Origin: a virus | Virus record (IMG/VR): IMGVR_UViG_3300024299_000011 | Location: 6,291 to 70,290 of that record | Length of the DNA stretch: 64,000 nt | Strand: one strand, 5' to 3' | In this document: positions 18,615 through 28,341 of the stretch, one piece after another | How the letters are laid out: every line of letters starts with the position of its first letter | Numbering within the stretch: position 1 is the stretch's first letter | Made by a program: the position numbers and the translations under genes | The notes under the pieces: generated by a model | Databases searched by the model: none | Seen by the model: only the letters and a program-made list of their open reading frames with translations | Told to the model about the DNA's origin: nothing

Positions 18615-21600
18615 TTATGTCCAGGCCTTTTCAGATATAGGTCTAAATGTGTATGTTATTCCGTATAATGCAAACTTCTCTCTAGCACTGTTGAATATAA
18701 ACTCAGCTTTAATGAATCTACATCTTTGTTTTTGTCTAGGGATATATGTTCTTAATGGAACCCCACTAAAACCTCCGCCCCAATTATGTTCTCCCCAAAT
18801 AAATAAACCCCAGTCACCCTTACCTGATTTAGTAAAATCTATAGTTTGAAATCCTGGACTTAAGTCTGATGCATATCCAACAGTAGCTCTAGAAAAGTTA
18901 TTATTTTCAAATATAAAAGTACCCTCTCTAACGTGCTTAGATATAGACGGATCTCCTAATGGATCAGCAGAGTAAACTACATCACAATTAATACCTTTAT
19001 ATAAAGTAATAGGACCTTCTATAAATTGAGTTGAGTACTGCATAACAACATCTGTTACGTTATTTTCTTTACCTACAATTAAAACCTCTTCTTCACTAGA
19101 TCCAGTAGATCCGTCGTAGTTTTGGTAAAATACACCAGCATCTAAATTTAACTTATTAATTACAGTATTAAAGGCTGCTTGGGTTTCTTCAAATGTAGAG
19201 ACGTTAGCTGCCCAGTCACAAGTACCACCAACCGTAGTAGTAATATCTATTGAAAAGTTATTTGCATCCACTTTTGTTACAATATAATTACCGTCAATAA
19301 CTGGAGTAGATGTACTATTACTTATTGTTATAAATCTGCCAGTTTCTAATAAATGACCAACTTCAGTTATTACTGTAGGAGTTCCTAACGTCACTGTAGA
19401 CCCAACTGCGCTACCAGGAGTTATAGATGTTAAATAATCAGTATCTGATACACCAGGATCTAAGTCTAATGATTGAGCTAAAGAGTTCAACTGCTGTGTT
19501 AAATTAACTCCTGGAGTTGCTTGTAAGTTTCCTAAGAAATCGCCAAACCCTTGACTAGTAACTGTTATTACAAAACCATTACCTATACCATTTAATACCC
19601 CATCAAAAGCGTCTGTAGTATCTCCATTACGAGTTGTTACAGTTTCAACCAACGGTCCAGTATTAGATGTAATAAATTCTAAAGAGGTGGTACTTAGTGT
19701 ATTTTTTGTAAATAAAGCAACGTCAGAAGTTGTTACTGCAGTGGTTACGTCCACTCTAACTTGAACAGCATCAGCTATATCATTAAATATTAAAGTATCT
19801 AGCTCAGTTAACGTTCCAATAGCATCATAAAATACAGCATATTTAGTGTTATCTGCTGCAGAGTATAATATATAATACTTACTATGTAAATCTAAGATAG
19901 ATCCGGTATACGAAGTAAAATCATAACTAGTTTGTTCTGGAGCACCTGTGCCAGGATCTAAATCTAATCTAGACAATAATTGATTAAACTCGGATATAGT
20001 TAAATATTGAGTCTGAACTACAGCGTCACCAACATCTACGTTTGAAGACGAGGATAACTTTAAGGTTGTGTCTGCAATAGAATCTGTAGGGATTGATAAA
20101 GCGAAGTCTCTATCCGCATAATCAGTACGATCAAACAGCTTACGTTCTTGCTCTATAAAATTCTCATCATCAGGACCTAAGTATAGTTTATCATTTGATT
20201 GATTAACTATCCCACAAGTTTTAGCTATGGTAAATATAGTGAAACTATTTGTCACAGTACTATACCTTAAGCACTGTGTTGCAACAGTATCTGTCTCGGA
20301 ACTTGGAAGCCATAAAAGATATGACCTATCTGTTTCATAAGACACTCCGAAGGAATTAAACTTAAAATCATATCCTGAACTACTAACTAGCTTAACGATA
20401 TCATCAATATCCTTAGATATAATATTAACACCAGTATCTGATATAATTGCTATACCTTGGTTAGTTAGACAATATATTTGGTTATTTAAAACCACAGCAG
20501 TATCTGGGGCAATTATCTTAGTAGATTCATCAAATAAATCCACAGCATAAACACCGTTAGATCCAGTCAATCTATATATACCATCATCTTTTAATATGAA
20601 TAAACTCTCTCTTAATGCTAATATTCTTTGTATCTCTTTATCTTCAGGACCAATGTCTATGAAATTTAATAAAGGAACAGCTTCTGGTTGTTGTAACTTA
20701 GCATAATAAACTCTATTAGGTTTAGTTTCTGTCTCTCCAGAAAAAGTCTGAGCACCAACGGAAGGTGGTAATGCTGGATTAAACACATCTCCTGTAGCGG
20801 CATTATTAGCTGTAATCGTAAATTGATTAATTCCAATATCTCTACTCTCAAAAAGTATAAGACCAGGAAGATCACTTGCTCCTGATATATAAAATGCATA
20901 TACAGTTCCGCTTGAATTTCTATTAATTATATTAACTAAAGATCTAGCAGTCTCATCTATCTGTTGAGATGGGCTTGCAGCGGCTGAGAGTAATACTTTA
21001 TTAGTAGAAGAATCTTCTCCAATACCTTGCTGAGTTACTGTTACAGTAAAGCTATTAGCTATACCAGCTATAGCACTATCTACAGCATCAGTGGTGTCTC
21101 CGTTATTAGTTGTAGTTAAAGTAACTAATGTACTTGCTGCAGTATATGCTACATCAAAGTCTGCAGCGGTATCTTGGTCTAATATTGCAGCGGCAGTAGC
21201 ATCGGCAACTTGAGCTACAGTAGTAACCCCCCTACTAACATTAACCTTAAATCCAGTTCTTCCTACAACATCTGTATGAGTAACAATGTCGTTAGCTGGA
21301 TCGCTATTTACTGGAGTAATTGCTGTGTAAGAAAATCCCTTTTGAAGGTCCTCAAGTGATATTAATCTAGATGAATCAATAGACTCTGAATCAACAGTTA
21401 TTATCGTAGCTGGTGCTGTATGAGTAACATCAAAATCGCTATTAATATCATTCAATACTATAGCCTGTGCAGTTAAATCTGCTAATTCTTCTATCAATGT
21501 TGTATTTGGTGCATTTATAGATATAGTGCTTACATCAACTCTAATACCTATCATCCCTAATAAAGGAGTTCCAGACAATGTACCAGGATCTATTGTACCA

Positions 21601-22934
21601 CCTTTATCAAACCAAACATAATAAGTAACACTAGTATCTGGAGTATAAAGAACAATAACCTTACCCTCTACATCATCAGCTATTACCCCAACGTAGTTAG
21701 TAAAATCTAAAGTCTGTGTTGTTTTTGTATCATCATACCATACATAATATTTACGCTTATCTCCTGCAGAATTAACTAAACAATACTTACCGTCTAGGTC
21801 TGCCGGAATAGCTCCAGAGTATGCACTATATTCTAATTCGGTGATTTCTTTTCCACCTTGAAATGTATATACTTGTGCAGGATTAATAGTGTCGTCAATA
21901 GTTATCGATGATGTTCCACTAACCAGTCCTTGAACTGTTAATAATCCTAAGTCTTTCCTTGCTCTTCCAATAGTATTTCCATAAAATAATGTACTTTGAT
22001 ACATTGTAATATCTTTAGCTTTTGGAGGAGGTTCGTTTGCTTGATCTATACCATCTCCAGAATTTGGATTAGTATATAAAAAAGTACCACCGCTTCTGAA
22101 ATCCTCTGGCGCAATATCTTCTACAGATACAATGTCACCTGGAACTGAGGTTGTTACAAAGTCTTCGATAACTAATTGCATTTCATCACCAGGATCTATA
22201 TCTTCTACAGTAAGACTTCCTACTGTAGTAAATACTGCAGTACGGTATACTTGATAAAAATATATACTAGTATCCACGTTATCTGGTATAACAAAGCTTA
22301 AATTAACATTAGCGTTTGCTTGAGTAAAGTTAGAAATAACTAATCTTGAACTTGGAGATCCTAATAATAAATTATCATTATTATCTTTATATCCCCATAC
22401 GATTCTATATGCTACTTCGCTACTTGGAGGCAAATATCCGTCAGCATTACTAACTAAGTCACCAGTAACATCTAACGCCTTAGCTGCACCCGAATCTATT
22501 ATAAAATCTGCTGCTGTAGTGAAGTCTGCTGCTGTTTTAGCTGATATCTTCTTTACGCCATCATCTGTAGTAAAGTATAGGTTCTTATTGGACTCAAATG
22601 CTCGTATACGACGACCATCTTCAATCTCACTGAATGTACCAGAGAATGCTTGAAAGTTACCGTCAGCGTTGTTTTCGTGAGAATTATCGTTATATAATAG
22701 AGTATTGTTATTGTGTACTAATACCCTGTCTTTGTATGAAATAAGTTGATTTGCTCTATCAGAACTTGTGCCAAAAGTGTTACCAAACTGTGAAAACCCA
22801 CGTCTAGATTCTACTATATCGTCACGGTCGATGATCACATTGTCAGCAACAGTCATAGCTCCTTCAGGAACAGAACCTAGTTGGTTTGAGTCAGTGAACA
22901 GGCCACGCGCCTTCAAAAGAGTTTTTTGGCTCAT
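18615..22934 (-). CDS. Tail nozzle/DNA-stabilisation-like protein with inserted domains
   Basis: ARGLFT..SVPEG...ADNV..SRRGF N-terminus, propeller-like core, WGLFIWGEHNWGG C-terminus; follows the adaptor gene. Confidence 0.65.
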   Translation of the reverse strand: MSQKTLLKARGLFTDSNQLGSVPEGAMTVADNVIIDRDDIVESRRGFSQFGNTFGTSSDRANQLISYKDRVLVHNNNTLLYNDNSHENNADGNFQAFSGTFSEIEDGRRIRAFESNKNLYFTTDDGVKKISAKTAADFTTAADFIIDSGAAKALDVTGDLVSNADGYLPPSSEVAYRIVWGYKDNNDNLLLGSPSSRLVISNFTQANANVNLSFVIPDNVDTSIYFYQVYRTAVFTTVGSLTVEDIDPGDEMQLVIEDFVTTSVPGDIVSVEDIAPEDFRSGGTFLYTNPNSGDGIDQANEPPPKAKDITMYQSTLFYGNTIGRARKDLGLLTVQGLVSGTSSITIDDTINPAQVYTFQGGKEITELEYSAYSGAIPADLDGKYCLVNSAGDKRKYYVWYDDTKTTQTLDFTNYVGVIADDVEGKVIVLYTPDTSVTYYVWFDKGGTIDPGTLSGTPLLGMIGIRVDVSTISINAPNTTLIEELADLTAQAIVLNDINSDFDVTHTAPATIITVDSESIDSSRLISLEDLQKGFSYTAITPVNSDPANDIVTHTDVVGRTGFKVNVSRGVTTVAQVADATAAAILDQDTAADFDVAYTAASTLVTLTTTNNGDTTDAVDSAIAGIANSFTVTVTQQGIGEDSSTNKVLLSAAASPSQQIDETARSLVNIINRNSSGTVYAFYISGASDLPGLILFESRDIGINQFTITANNAATGDVFNPALPPSVGAQTFSGETETKPNRVYYAKLQQPEAVPLLNFIDIGPEDKEIQRILALRESLFILKDDGIYRLTGSNGVYAVDLFDESTKIIAPDTAVVLNNQIYCLTNQGIAIISDTGVNIISKDIDDIVKLVSSSGYDFKFNSFGVSYETDRSYLLWLPSSETDTVATQCLRYSTVTNSFTIFTIAKTCGIVNQSNDKLYLGPDDENFIEQERKLFDRTDYADRDFALSIPTDSIADTTLKLSSSSNVDVGDAVVQTQYLTISEFNQLLSRLDLDPGTGAPEQTSYDFTSYTGSILDLHSKYYILYSAADNTKYAVFYDAIGTLTELDTLIFNDIADAVQVRVDVTTAVTTSDVALFTKNTLSTTSLEFITSNTGPLVETVTTRNGDTTDAFDGVLNGIGNGFVITVTSQGFGDFLGNLQATPGVNLTQQLNSLAQSLDLDPGVSDTDYLTSITPGSAVGSTVTLGTPTVITEVGHLLETGRFITISNSTSTPVIDGNYIVTKVDANNFSIDITTTVGGTCDWAANVSTFEETQAAFNTVINKLNLDAGVFYQNYDGSTGSSEEEVLIVGKENNVTDVVMQYSTQFIEGPITLYKGINCDVVYSADPLGDPSISKHVREGTFIFENNNFSRATVGYASDLSPGFQTIDFTKSGKGDWGLFIWGEHNWGGGFSGVPLRTYIPRQKQRCRFIKAEFIFNSAREKFALYGITYTFRPISEKAWT

Positions 22935-22943
22935 TAGTTTCCT

Positions 22944-23903
22944 TTATCTTCGATTAAATCGTTTAGAAAATACAGCAGTTCTAACTAAACCATGTCTATT
23001 GACAACCTTTTGAGGGGCATCATCAATACGACTATCTATTAACATACCTGAAGCTTGTTGCATCTGCTTTACTTTAGTCAATGCATTTTGTAACGCCTGA
23101 GTATCGCCTAATGCCTCTAGAACTCTACATGCAACCATTTCTGCTAATAATGGATGTAATTCTGTAGGTATTTGAGCTATAGCAGCTTCACATGCAATAG
23201 ATATATGGTCTCCGGCTTTTAATTCTTTAGGTATATCTGTTGTGTTAAATGTAACAGTTTTATTACCAGAATCAACGTTAGTTGGAGATAAGTCTTTATT
23301 TAATATAGAACTTGGAGAGTCAGCTTTATAAAAGTCATATGTAGAGCTTGTAGTAAATGCGGAAGGAACGTCATTTATAACTACCTTACTAGTACCGTCA
23401 CCGTTATCGACAACACCTTGAATTACTCCTACGTTTTCTAATTTAACTAAACTAGAAGGTCTCATGTAATATACAAAAACCAATGATCCGTTTGTTTGTC
23501 CGCCAATAGGGGGAGTTAATACCACTTTATTACCTTTGACATAAAACTTTCTAATATTAGCTTCAGATCCTGAATTAGATTCTGCGAATCTCTCACCAAC
23601 ACCAATACGAGTTAATTCAACAAGATGATTTCCATCAAGTTTAAATTGAACATCACGTAACTTATTACCTAAAGCTCTATGTGGAATTTCATAATCACTA
23701 CGATCAGCTTCAAGAGCCTTATCTTCTTCATATAAAAGATGGTCCTCGTGAACCGACATAATACCAGGAACAACTCCTAGCTGTAATTCTTCGTTAGCAA
23801 ATTCAAGTAAATCTTCATCAGTAAAAGATTCTTGGCTTACAGGAATCATAGCTCTTCTTTTTATACTAGATATTAATTCATCACTAGTCATTGGCTTACT
23901 CAT
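22944..23903 (-). CDS. Head-tail adaptor (tail tubular A-like)
   Basis: T..ELISSIKRR..FTDEDLLEFANEE..DYEIP..IPTELHPLL; likely start MSKPMT. Confidence 0.65.
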   Translation of the reverse strand: MSKPMTSDELISSIKRRAMIPVSQESFTDEDLLEFANEELQLGVVPGIMSVHEDHLLYEEDKALEADRSDYEIPHRALGNKLRDVQFKLDGNHLVELTRIGVGERFAESNSGSEANIRKFYVKGNKVVLTPPIGGQTNGSLVFVYYMRPSSLVKLENVGVIQGVVDNGDGTSKVVINDVPSAFTTSSTYDFYKADSPSSILNKDLSPTNVDSGNKTVTFNTTDIPKELKAGDHISIACEAAIAQIPTELHPLLAEMVACRVLEALGDTQALQNALTKVKQMQQASGMLIDSRIDDAPQKVVNRHGLVRTAVFSKRFNRR

Positions 23904-24618
23904 TAATAACCTTCCAATCATTTATTACTTTATTTTTATAATACATATTCCTGGCTCGCCTCTCACCGATAGATAAGAATCTAGAAAGTTCACATATACT
24001 TTTAAAGTCATGTACGACTTTACTTTTTATGTTGACAATAGATCCAGATTTACTGTTGTGAGATGGTTTTCTTTTATACTTAATAGTCGGATCATAGTTT
24101 TTCTCTAAAAGTATTTTATAATTGCCATATAAATACCCAGTTCTGACTGCATTTTTAGTCTGCGTATATTTAAAATTATTAATTTCGCAACACTCTGCTA
24201 TGGAGTTGAACTTTTGAATATCGTCAGTTTCTATATTAATACACACAACAGGCTTTCCTACAGTCTTCCTACTCATTAACTTAGCTTTAAGTATTTGTTC
24301 TTCAGTTCTTTTAGTCCCTAGCGTGGATCTTAGACCCAGGGTACCTTCTCCACCTAAAGTTGAATTATAACCAACATTATAAGTGTTATATTTATCTATA
24401 TAAAATATCTCTTTATCTAACATTTGTTTAAATGTCTCAGCTCTATCTATTATATCCCAAGATATAGAATCAAATCCATATTTTTGTATGGCATAATGAA
24501 ATGCGCATTTAGGATTCTTACTTCTACTTTTATGTGATTTTTTACGTTCACTCAAAGTTCTACTAGTACATCCTATGTATATTTTATTTGATGGAGATTT
24601 AGCTAAGTAAATAATCAT
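23896..24618 (-). CDS. Free-standing GIY-YIG homing endonuclease
   Basis: IIY...KIYIGCT..R...H, EIFYI, GYNSTLGG, NUMOD-type C-terminus. Confidence 0.88.
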   Translation of the reverse strand: MIIYLAKSPSNKIYIGCTSRTLSERKKSHKSRSKNPKCAFHYAIQKYGFDSISWDIIDRAETFKQMLDKEIFYIDKYNTYNVGYNSTLGGEGTLGLRSTLGTKRTEEQILKAKLMSRKTVGKPVVCINIETDDIQKFNSIAECCEINNFKYTQTKNAVRTGYLYGNYKILLEKNYDPTIKYKRKPSHNSKSGSIVNIKSKVVHDFKSICELSRFLSIGERRARNMYYKNKVINDWKVINE

Positions 24619-24815
24619 TACGATTTCTTTTTAAGAAGTTCTTTAGCTTTATCTAACCCTTTAGTAAGACCTTTTTTATCCTTAGCTGCTACAGTTACTT
24701 TTTGTAACTCACTAAAATCATCACCCATCATCTGAGATGCGATACCGTGAAGCTCTTGTAAAGCTGCCATTTTACCTTTAGATTTGTTGCTGTGGTCTTT
24801 CTTTTCTTTTTTCAT
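24618..24815 (-). CDS. Small basic protein
   Basis: GGAGG SD; KVTVAAKDKKGL.KGLDKA. Confidence 0.6.
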   Translation of the reverse strand: MKKEKKDHSNKSKGKMAALQELHGIASQMMGDDFSELQKVTVAAKDKKGLTKGLDKAKELLKKKS

Positions 24816-24828
24816 ATACTTTCCTCCG

Positions 24829-25281
24829 TTATATGAATTTAATTAATGTTGATATTAATAATCCCATCCCTAATACAATATTCAAGATAGATTGTTTGGC
24901 TACTTGAGAGTTCAGGATATGTTGTGTTGCTTTTATGTGAATCATTGCTTCTTTATTATCTTTTTGATTTAAAGAGCATAAATGTTCTATTACTTTAACC
25001 TCAGCTACTAAAGCTTCGATCTCACTGCTATCATTTTTATAAATAGTAACTTCTTTTACTATAGTCTCTTTGTGTTGTAATTCATTAATAGAATGTTCAT
25101 TCTTTTTTAGTTTAGATTTAATAACATCTATTTCTCTTTTTAGTGGAGATAAATCTACGCTAGACTCTTTTATAATTTCAACAACCTCTTTTAATGGAGC
25201 AGATACCCCTTTTGAGGGTGATATAACCCCTTTTAAGGGTACTTCTAACTGTATTCCTTCACCAAATGTCATCTTAGCCAT
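24829..25281 (-). CDS. Hypothetical protein with C-terminal TM
   Basis: ORF in late operon. Confidence 0.55.
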   Translation of the reverse strand: MAKMTFGEGIQLEVPLKGVISPSKGVSAPLKEVVEIIKESSVDLSPLKREIDVIKSKLKKNEHSINELQHKETIVKEVTIYKNDSSEIEALVAEVKVIEHLCSLNQKDNKEAMIHIKATQHILNSQVAKQSILNIVLGMGLLISTLIKFI

Positions 25282-25694
25282 TACGATCTCCCAACTAAAT
25301 GAACGTCTCCAACAACATCAATAGACATAACACGAACTCTACGAGCAACAACAATACTACCTGGATTCTCACCAGAGAAATTAACCCAATGATCTCCTGA
25401 ATCTGATAAACTAACCTGAACGTTTATTGTCCCCGAACCGTCAATTCTGGCAGCAATTAATCTCATAGAAGAACAATCTAAAGGTGGTATAATCTCTGTA
25501 CCATTATCTGAAACTTCGACACCTATAACGCTTGCGCTTAACTTAGCTGGATGAGATGTAACACTATCTCCGTCTAAATGATCAAGTTCCATGTTTATCT
25601 GTGTATCAGTAATTTTAACTTTCTTAGCTTTAGATACAGGATCATGTTCGTCTCTAGCTATTCTTATTGGGTCTTTTTTAATATCTTCAGCCAT
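25281..25694 (-). CDS. Putative virion protein
   Basis: Beta-rich ORF in late operon. Confidence 0.55.
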   Translation of the reverse strand: MAEDIKKDPIRIARDEHDPVSKAKKVKITDTQINMELDHLDGDSVTSHPAKLSASVIGVEVSDNGTEIIPPLDCSSMRLIAARIDGSGTINVQVSLSDSGDHWVNFSGENPGSIVVARRVRVMSIDVVGDVHLVGRS

Positions 25695-25704
25695 TGTATA
25701 TCCT

Positions 25705-28014
25705 TTATACGCTTGTTACTAGTGCTCTACACTTCACTGTACCAGAAACAAATCCAGCTATATTTCCACTGGTATATTGTAATTGTCCAGAAGTGCTTAC
25801 ATTAAATAATACTTGAGAGTTATCTCCGTTACCTGTCTGAGTTATAACCCAATCGGCTCCACGTTGAACTATCATTAATTTTCCTGATTCAAATAAGTCT
25901 GCAGTAGCGTCAATTGCTACAGAGTATTGTATTTCAGCAGATCTAACACTTCCGTTAGCAAAAGCAACACCAGTTACGCTAGCTAAAGTTGTTTGGTTAT
26001 TAGCCATACTAAAAGAAACTTGATCTAAATCTCCGAGAACATAAAAAACACTATCGTCTACATACTTCTTAGTTGCTACGTCTTGATCTGCGGTTGGATC
26101 AACTACGTTAGTAATTTTAGCAGCGGTAACTAAGTCAACAGATAAACCGTCTAATTTAATACTACCCCTAGTTCCAGTAGAAGAACCAGATCTAACAGTC
26201 ACATCCCCAGAATTTCCAGTACCAAGTTGATTACCTGATTCAACAACAACATCTCCAGACTTACCAGAACCACCACTCACTATACCAGAAGTTAGGGTTG
26301 TATTTCCAGATGTGGCAGAGGTTGAGCTAGCACCCACTACCCCGGAACCAAATGTAGAAAAACCAGTTCCTCCAGTAGCTAATGCAGTTGAATCTCCACC
26401 AGACCTAACAGTCACACTACCAGATATTCCTGCAACAGAAGTAATAGAACCCGATTGGGCATTAAATACTCCACTGTTTCCTCCAGTAGAAGATCCAGTT
26501 TCAATTCTCAAGGAACCAGAGTCTCCGCTAACACCCTTTTGATCTCCAGATTGAATATAAACTGTACCAGTATTAGATGTGTCAGCAACATCAACAGTAC
26601 CTGCAAGTAAATCTTTATCAGAACCAACACCCAAGTTAACTAAAGCAACGTCAGCAGTTCTTCCGCCAAGTATACCGTTATGAGCTGCGCCAGTAGATGT
26701 ATCTACAATGCCCCCAGTTAAAACTGCTCCATCAGTTAATAATAATTCTTTACCTATTATCTTCGCCCAACCACTTGTTGCACTACCTATTTCTTCTGTA
26801 GAACCAGGAAGTAAGTTTTGATTAACTGCAGTAGGAGAAGTTAAATTACCTAAGTTTTGATTTGCTTTACCGTCTATTTGTGTTTGAATTGCACTTGTAA
26901 CACCGTCTAGCGTTTGATACTCGGCGTTAGAAACACTACCGTCGGCTATCTTAGCGGCATCTATAGCTGCAGCAACTTTAATGTCCGCATCTTCTATATT
27001 TGTAATAGTATTAGAATCAGCATCAATAGTCTTGTTGGTTAAAGTCTGAGTAGCATCGTGACCAACTAATGTTGTATTCGCATCAGGAACATCAAATGTT
27101 CTTGTGGTTGCTGTTGTAAGTAAATCAGCTCTAAGTTGAAATTGCTTAGTGTTGTCACTGTTATCTTGAACTGTAAAGCTGTTATCTAGTACAGTAATTG
27201 CATTTGTGTTATCTAAAGTCTTATTTGTAAGTGTTTGAGTAAAGTCTTCTAATACGAAGTTATCATTACTTGCTGAATCGGGAATTGTAAATGTATTTTG
27301 GTTCCCGGTTTCACGATCTAAACTATCAGCACTAGATCCTGTAATTAGATTTGTTGAAGATTTTAAGTTCTTATTTGTAAGTGTTTGAGTTGAAGATGCG
27401 TCCACTATCTCAGCTTCGGCGCCAACGTCACCTATTTTAAATCTAGAAGCAAGTGTTGAATCATATCCTATTTGAACGTCAGTAGCATCAGACATTTCAA
27501 CAGTTATTCCCGCATCAGCTAAATTAGCACTAGACTGTGTTCCGCCATTATTAATCGTAATATTAGCATCTGTAACTTCCATAGTTGTTGAATTAACAGA
27601 AGTTGTTGTACCATTAACAGTTAGATCTCCGGTAACTATAAGATTATCATCAAAGGTTTTATTACCAGCAAAACTCTGAGCAGTAGTAGATACAGCACCC
27701 GGGTTTGTACTATCGGCAGGATGTATGTTTATTCGGTAATCTACTTTACCAGAAGCAGTTACCGAGTCTATTGAAACTCCAGCAGCAGTTGCCGTAGCGT
27801 TAAATGCGCTTAATGTTAATCTAGTATTGTGCCATTCATCAGCAGCATTATCATATACAAATACAGTATCTTCATCTAATACAACTCTAGCAGCTCCGTC
27901 TGAATCTCCAGAAGGAAGAGACGCTCTAGTTGCTACTGGCGGAAGCCATGTAGTTGCAGTTGCTGCACTATCAAAATCAAAATTGGATGTAAATGGATTA
28001 AATCTTAAACCCAT
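25705..28014 (-). CDS. Tail fibre-like protein
   Basis: TQTLTNK repeats, GDLTVNGTTT, Gly/Ser repeat shaft, DPTADQDVATKKYVD. Confidence 0.75.
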   Translation of the reverse strand: MGLRFNPFTSNFDFDSAATATTWLPPVATRASLPSGDSDGAARVVLDEDTVFVYDNAADEWHNTRLTLSAFNATATAAGVSIDSVTASGKVDYRINIHPADSTNPGAVSTTAQSFAGNKTFDDNLIVTGDLTVNGTTTSVNSTTMEVTDANITINNGGTQSSANLADAGITVEMSDATDVQIGYDSTLASRFKIGDVGAEAEIVDASSTQTLTNKNLKSSTNLITGSSADSLDRETGNQNTFTIPDSASNDNFVLEDFTQTLTNKTLDNTNAITVLDNSFTVQDNSDNTKQFQLRADLLTTATTRTFDVPDANTTLVGHDATQTLTNKTIDADSNTITNIEDADIKVAAAIDAAKIADGSVSNAEYQTLDGVTSAIQTQIDGKANQNLGNLTSPTAVNQNLLPGSTEEIGSATSGWAKIIGKELLLTDGAVLTGGIVDTSTGAAHNGILGGRTADVALVNLGVGSDKDLLAGTVDVADTSNTGTVYIQSGDQKGVSGDSGSLRIETGSSTGGNSGVFNAQSGSITSVAGISGSVTVRSGGDSTALATGGTGFSTFGSGVVGASSTSATSGNTTLTSGIVSGGSGKSGDVVVESGNQLGTGNSGDVTVRSGSSTGTRGSIKLDGLSVDLVTAAKITNVVDPTADQDVATKKYVDDSVFYVLGDLDQVSFSMANNQTTLASVTGVAFANGSVRSAEIQYSVAIDATADLFESGKLMIVQRGADWVITQTGNGDNSQVLFNVSTSGQLQYTSGNIAGFVSGTVKCRALVTSV

Positions 28015-28016
28015 TA

Positions 28017-28295
28017 TTAACTCCTAACAACGTCTATTAGTCTATTTGATGCGTCGTAAGAAAGTGTCAAAGTTGCCACGCTTACTGCATTTAATTTAAA
28101 AACTACAGTTTCTATCTCACCAACTCCATCTCCGGCGGCTACGTAAGTTAATTGTATTTGTTCATATTCATCAGGAACCAAGCTATTCATAACTATAGTT
28201 CCAGTACTAATCCCACCACCAGATAGATCTACCGATGATTTTCTTATTACTTGATTAGCATCTAATGTGCTTAGTCCGTTAGCATCTTTAGCCAT
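28017..28295 (-). CDS. Putative virion protein
   Basis: Beta-rich ORF between fibre genes. Confidence 0.55.
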   Translation of the reverse strand: MAKDANGLSTLDANQVIRKSSVDLSGGGISTGTIVMNSLVPDEYEQIQLTYVAAGDGVGEIETVVFKLNAVSVATLTLSYDASNRLIDVVRS

Positions 28296-28341
28296 TATCT
28301 CTTCCTCTCAGCAATGAAATAGTCAATTAGGCTTTTGTCCA

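Noticed and set aside
23896-24618. Group I intron around the GIY-YIG gene
   Set aside because: The ORF overlaps both neighbours, leaving no room for an intron core, and the flanking genes look complete.
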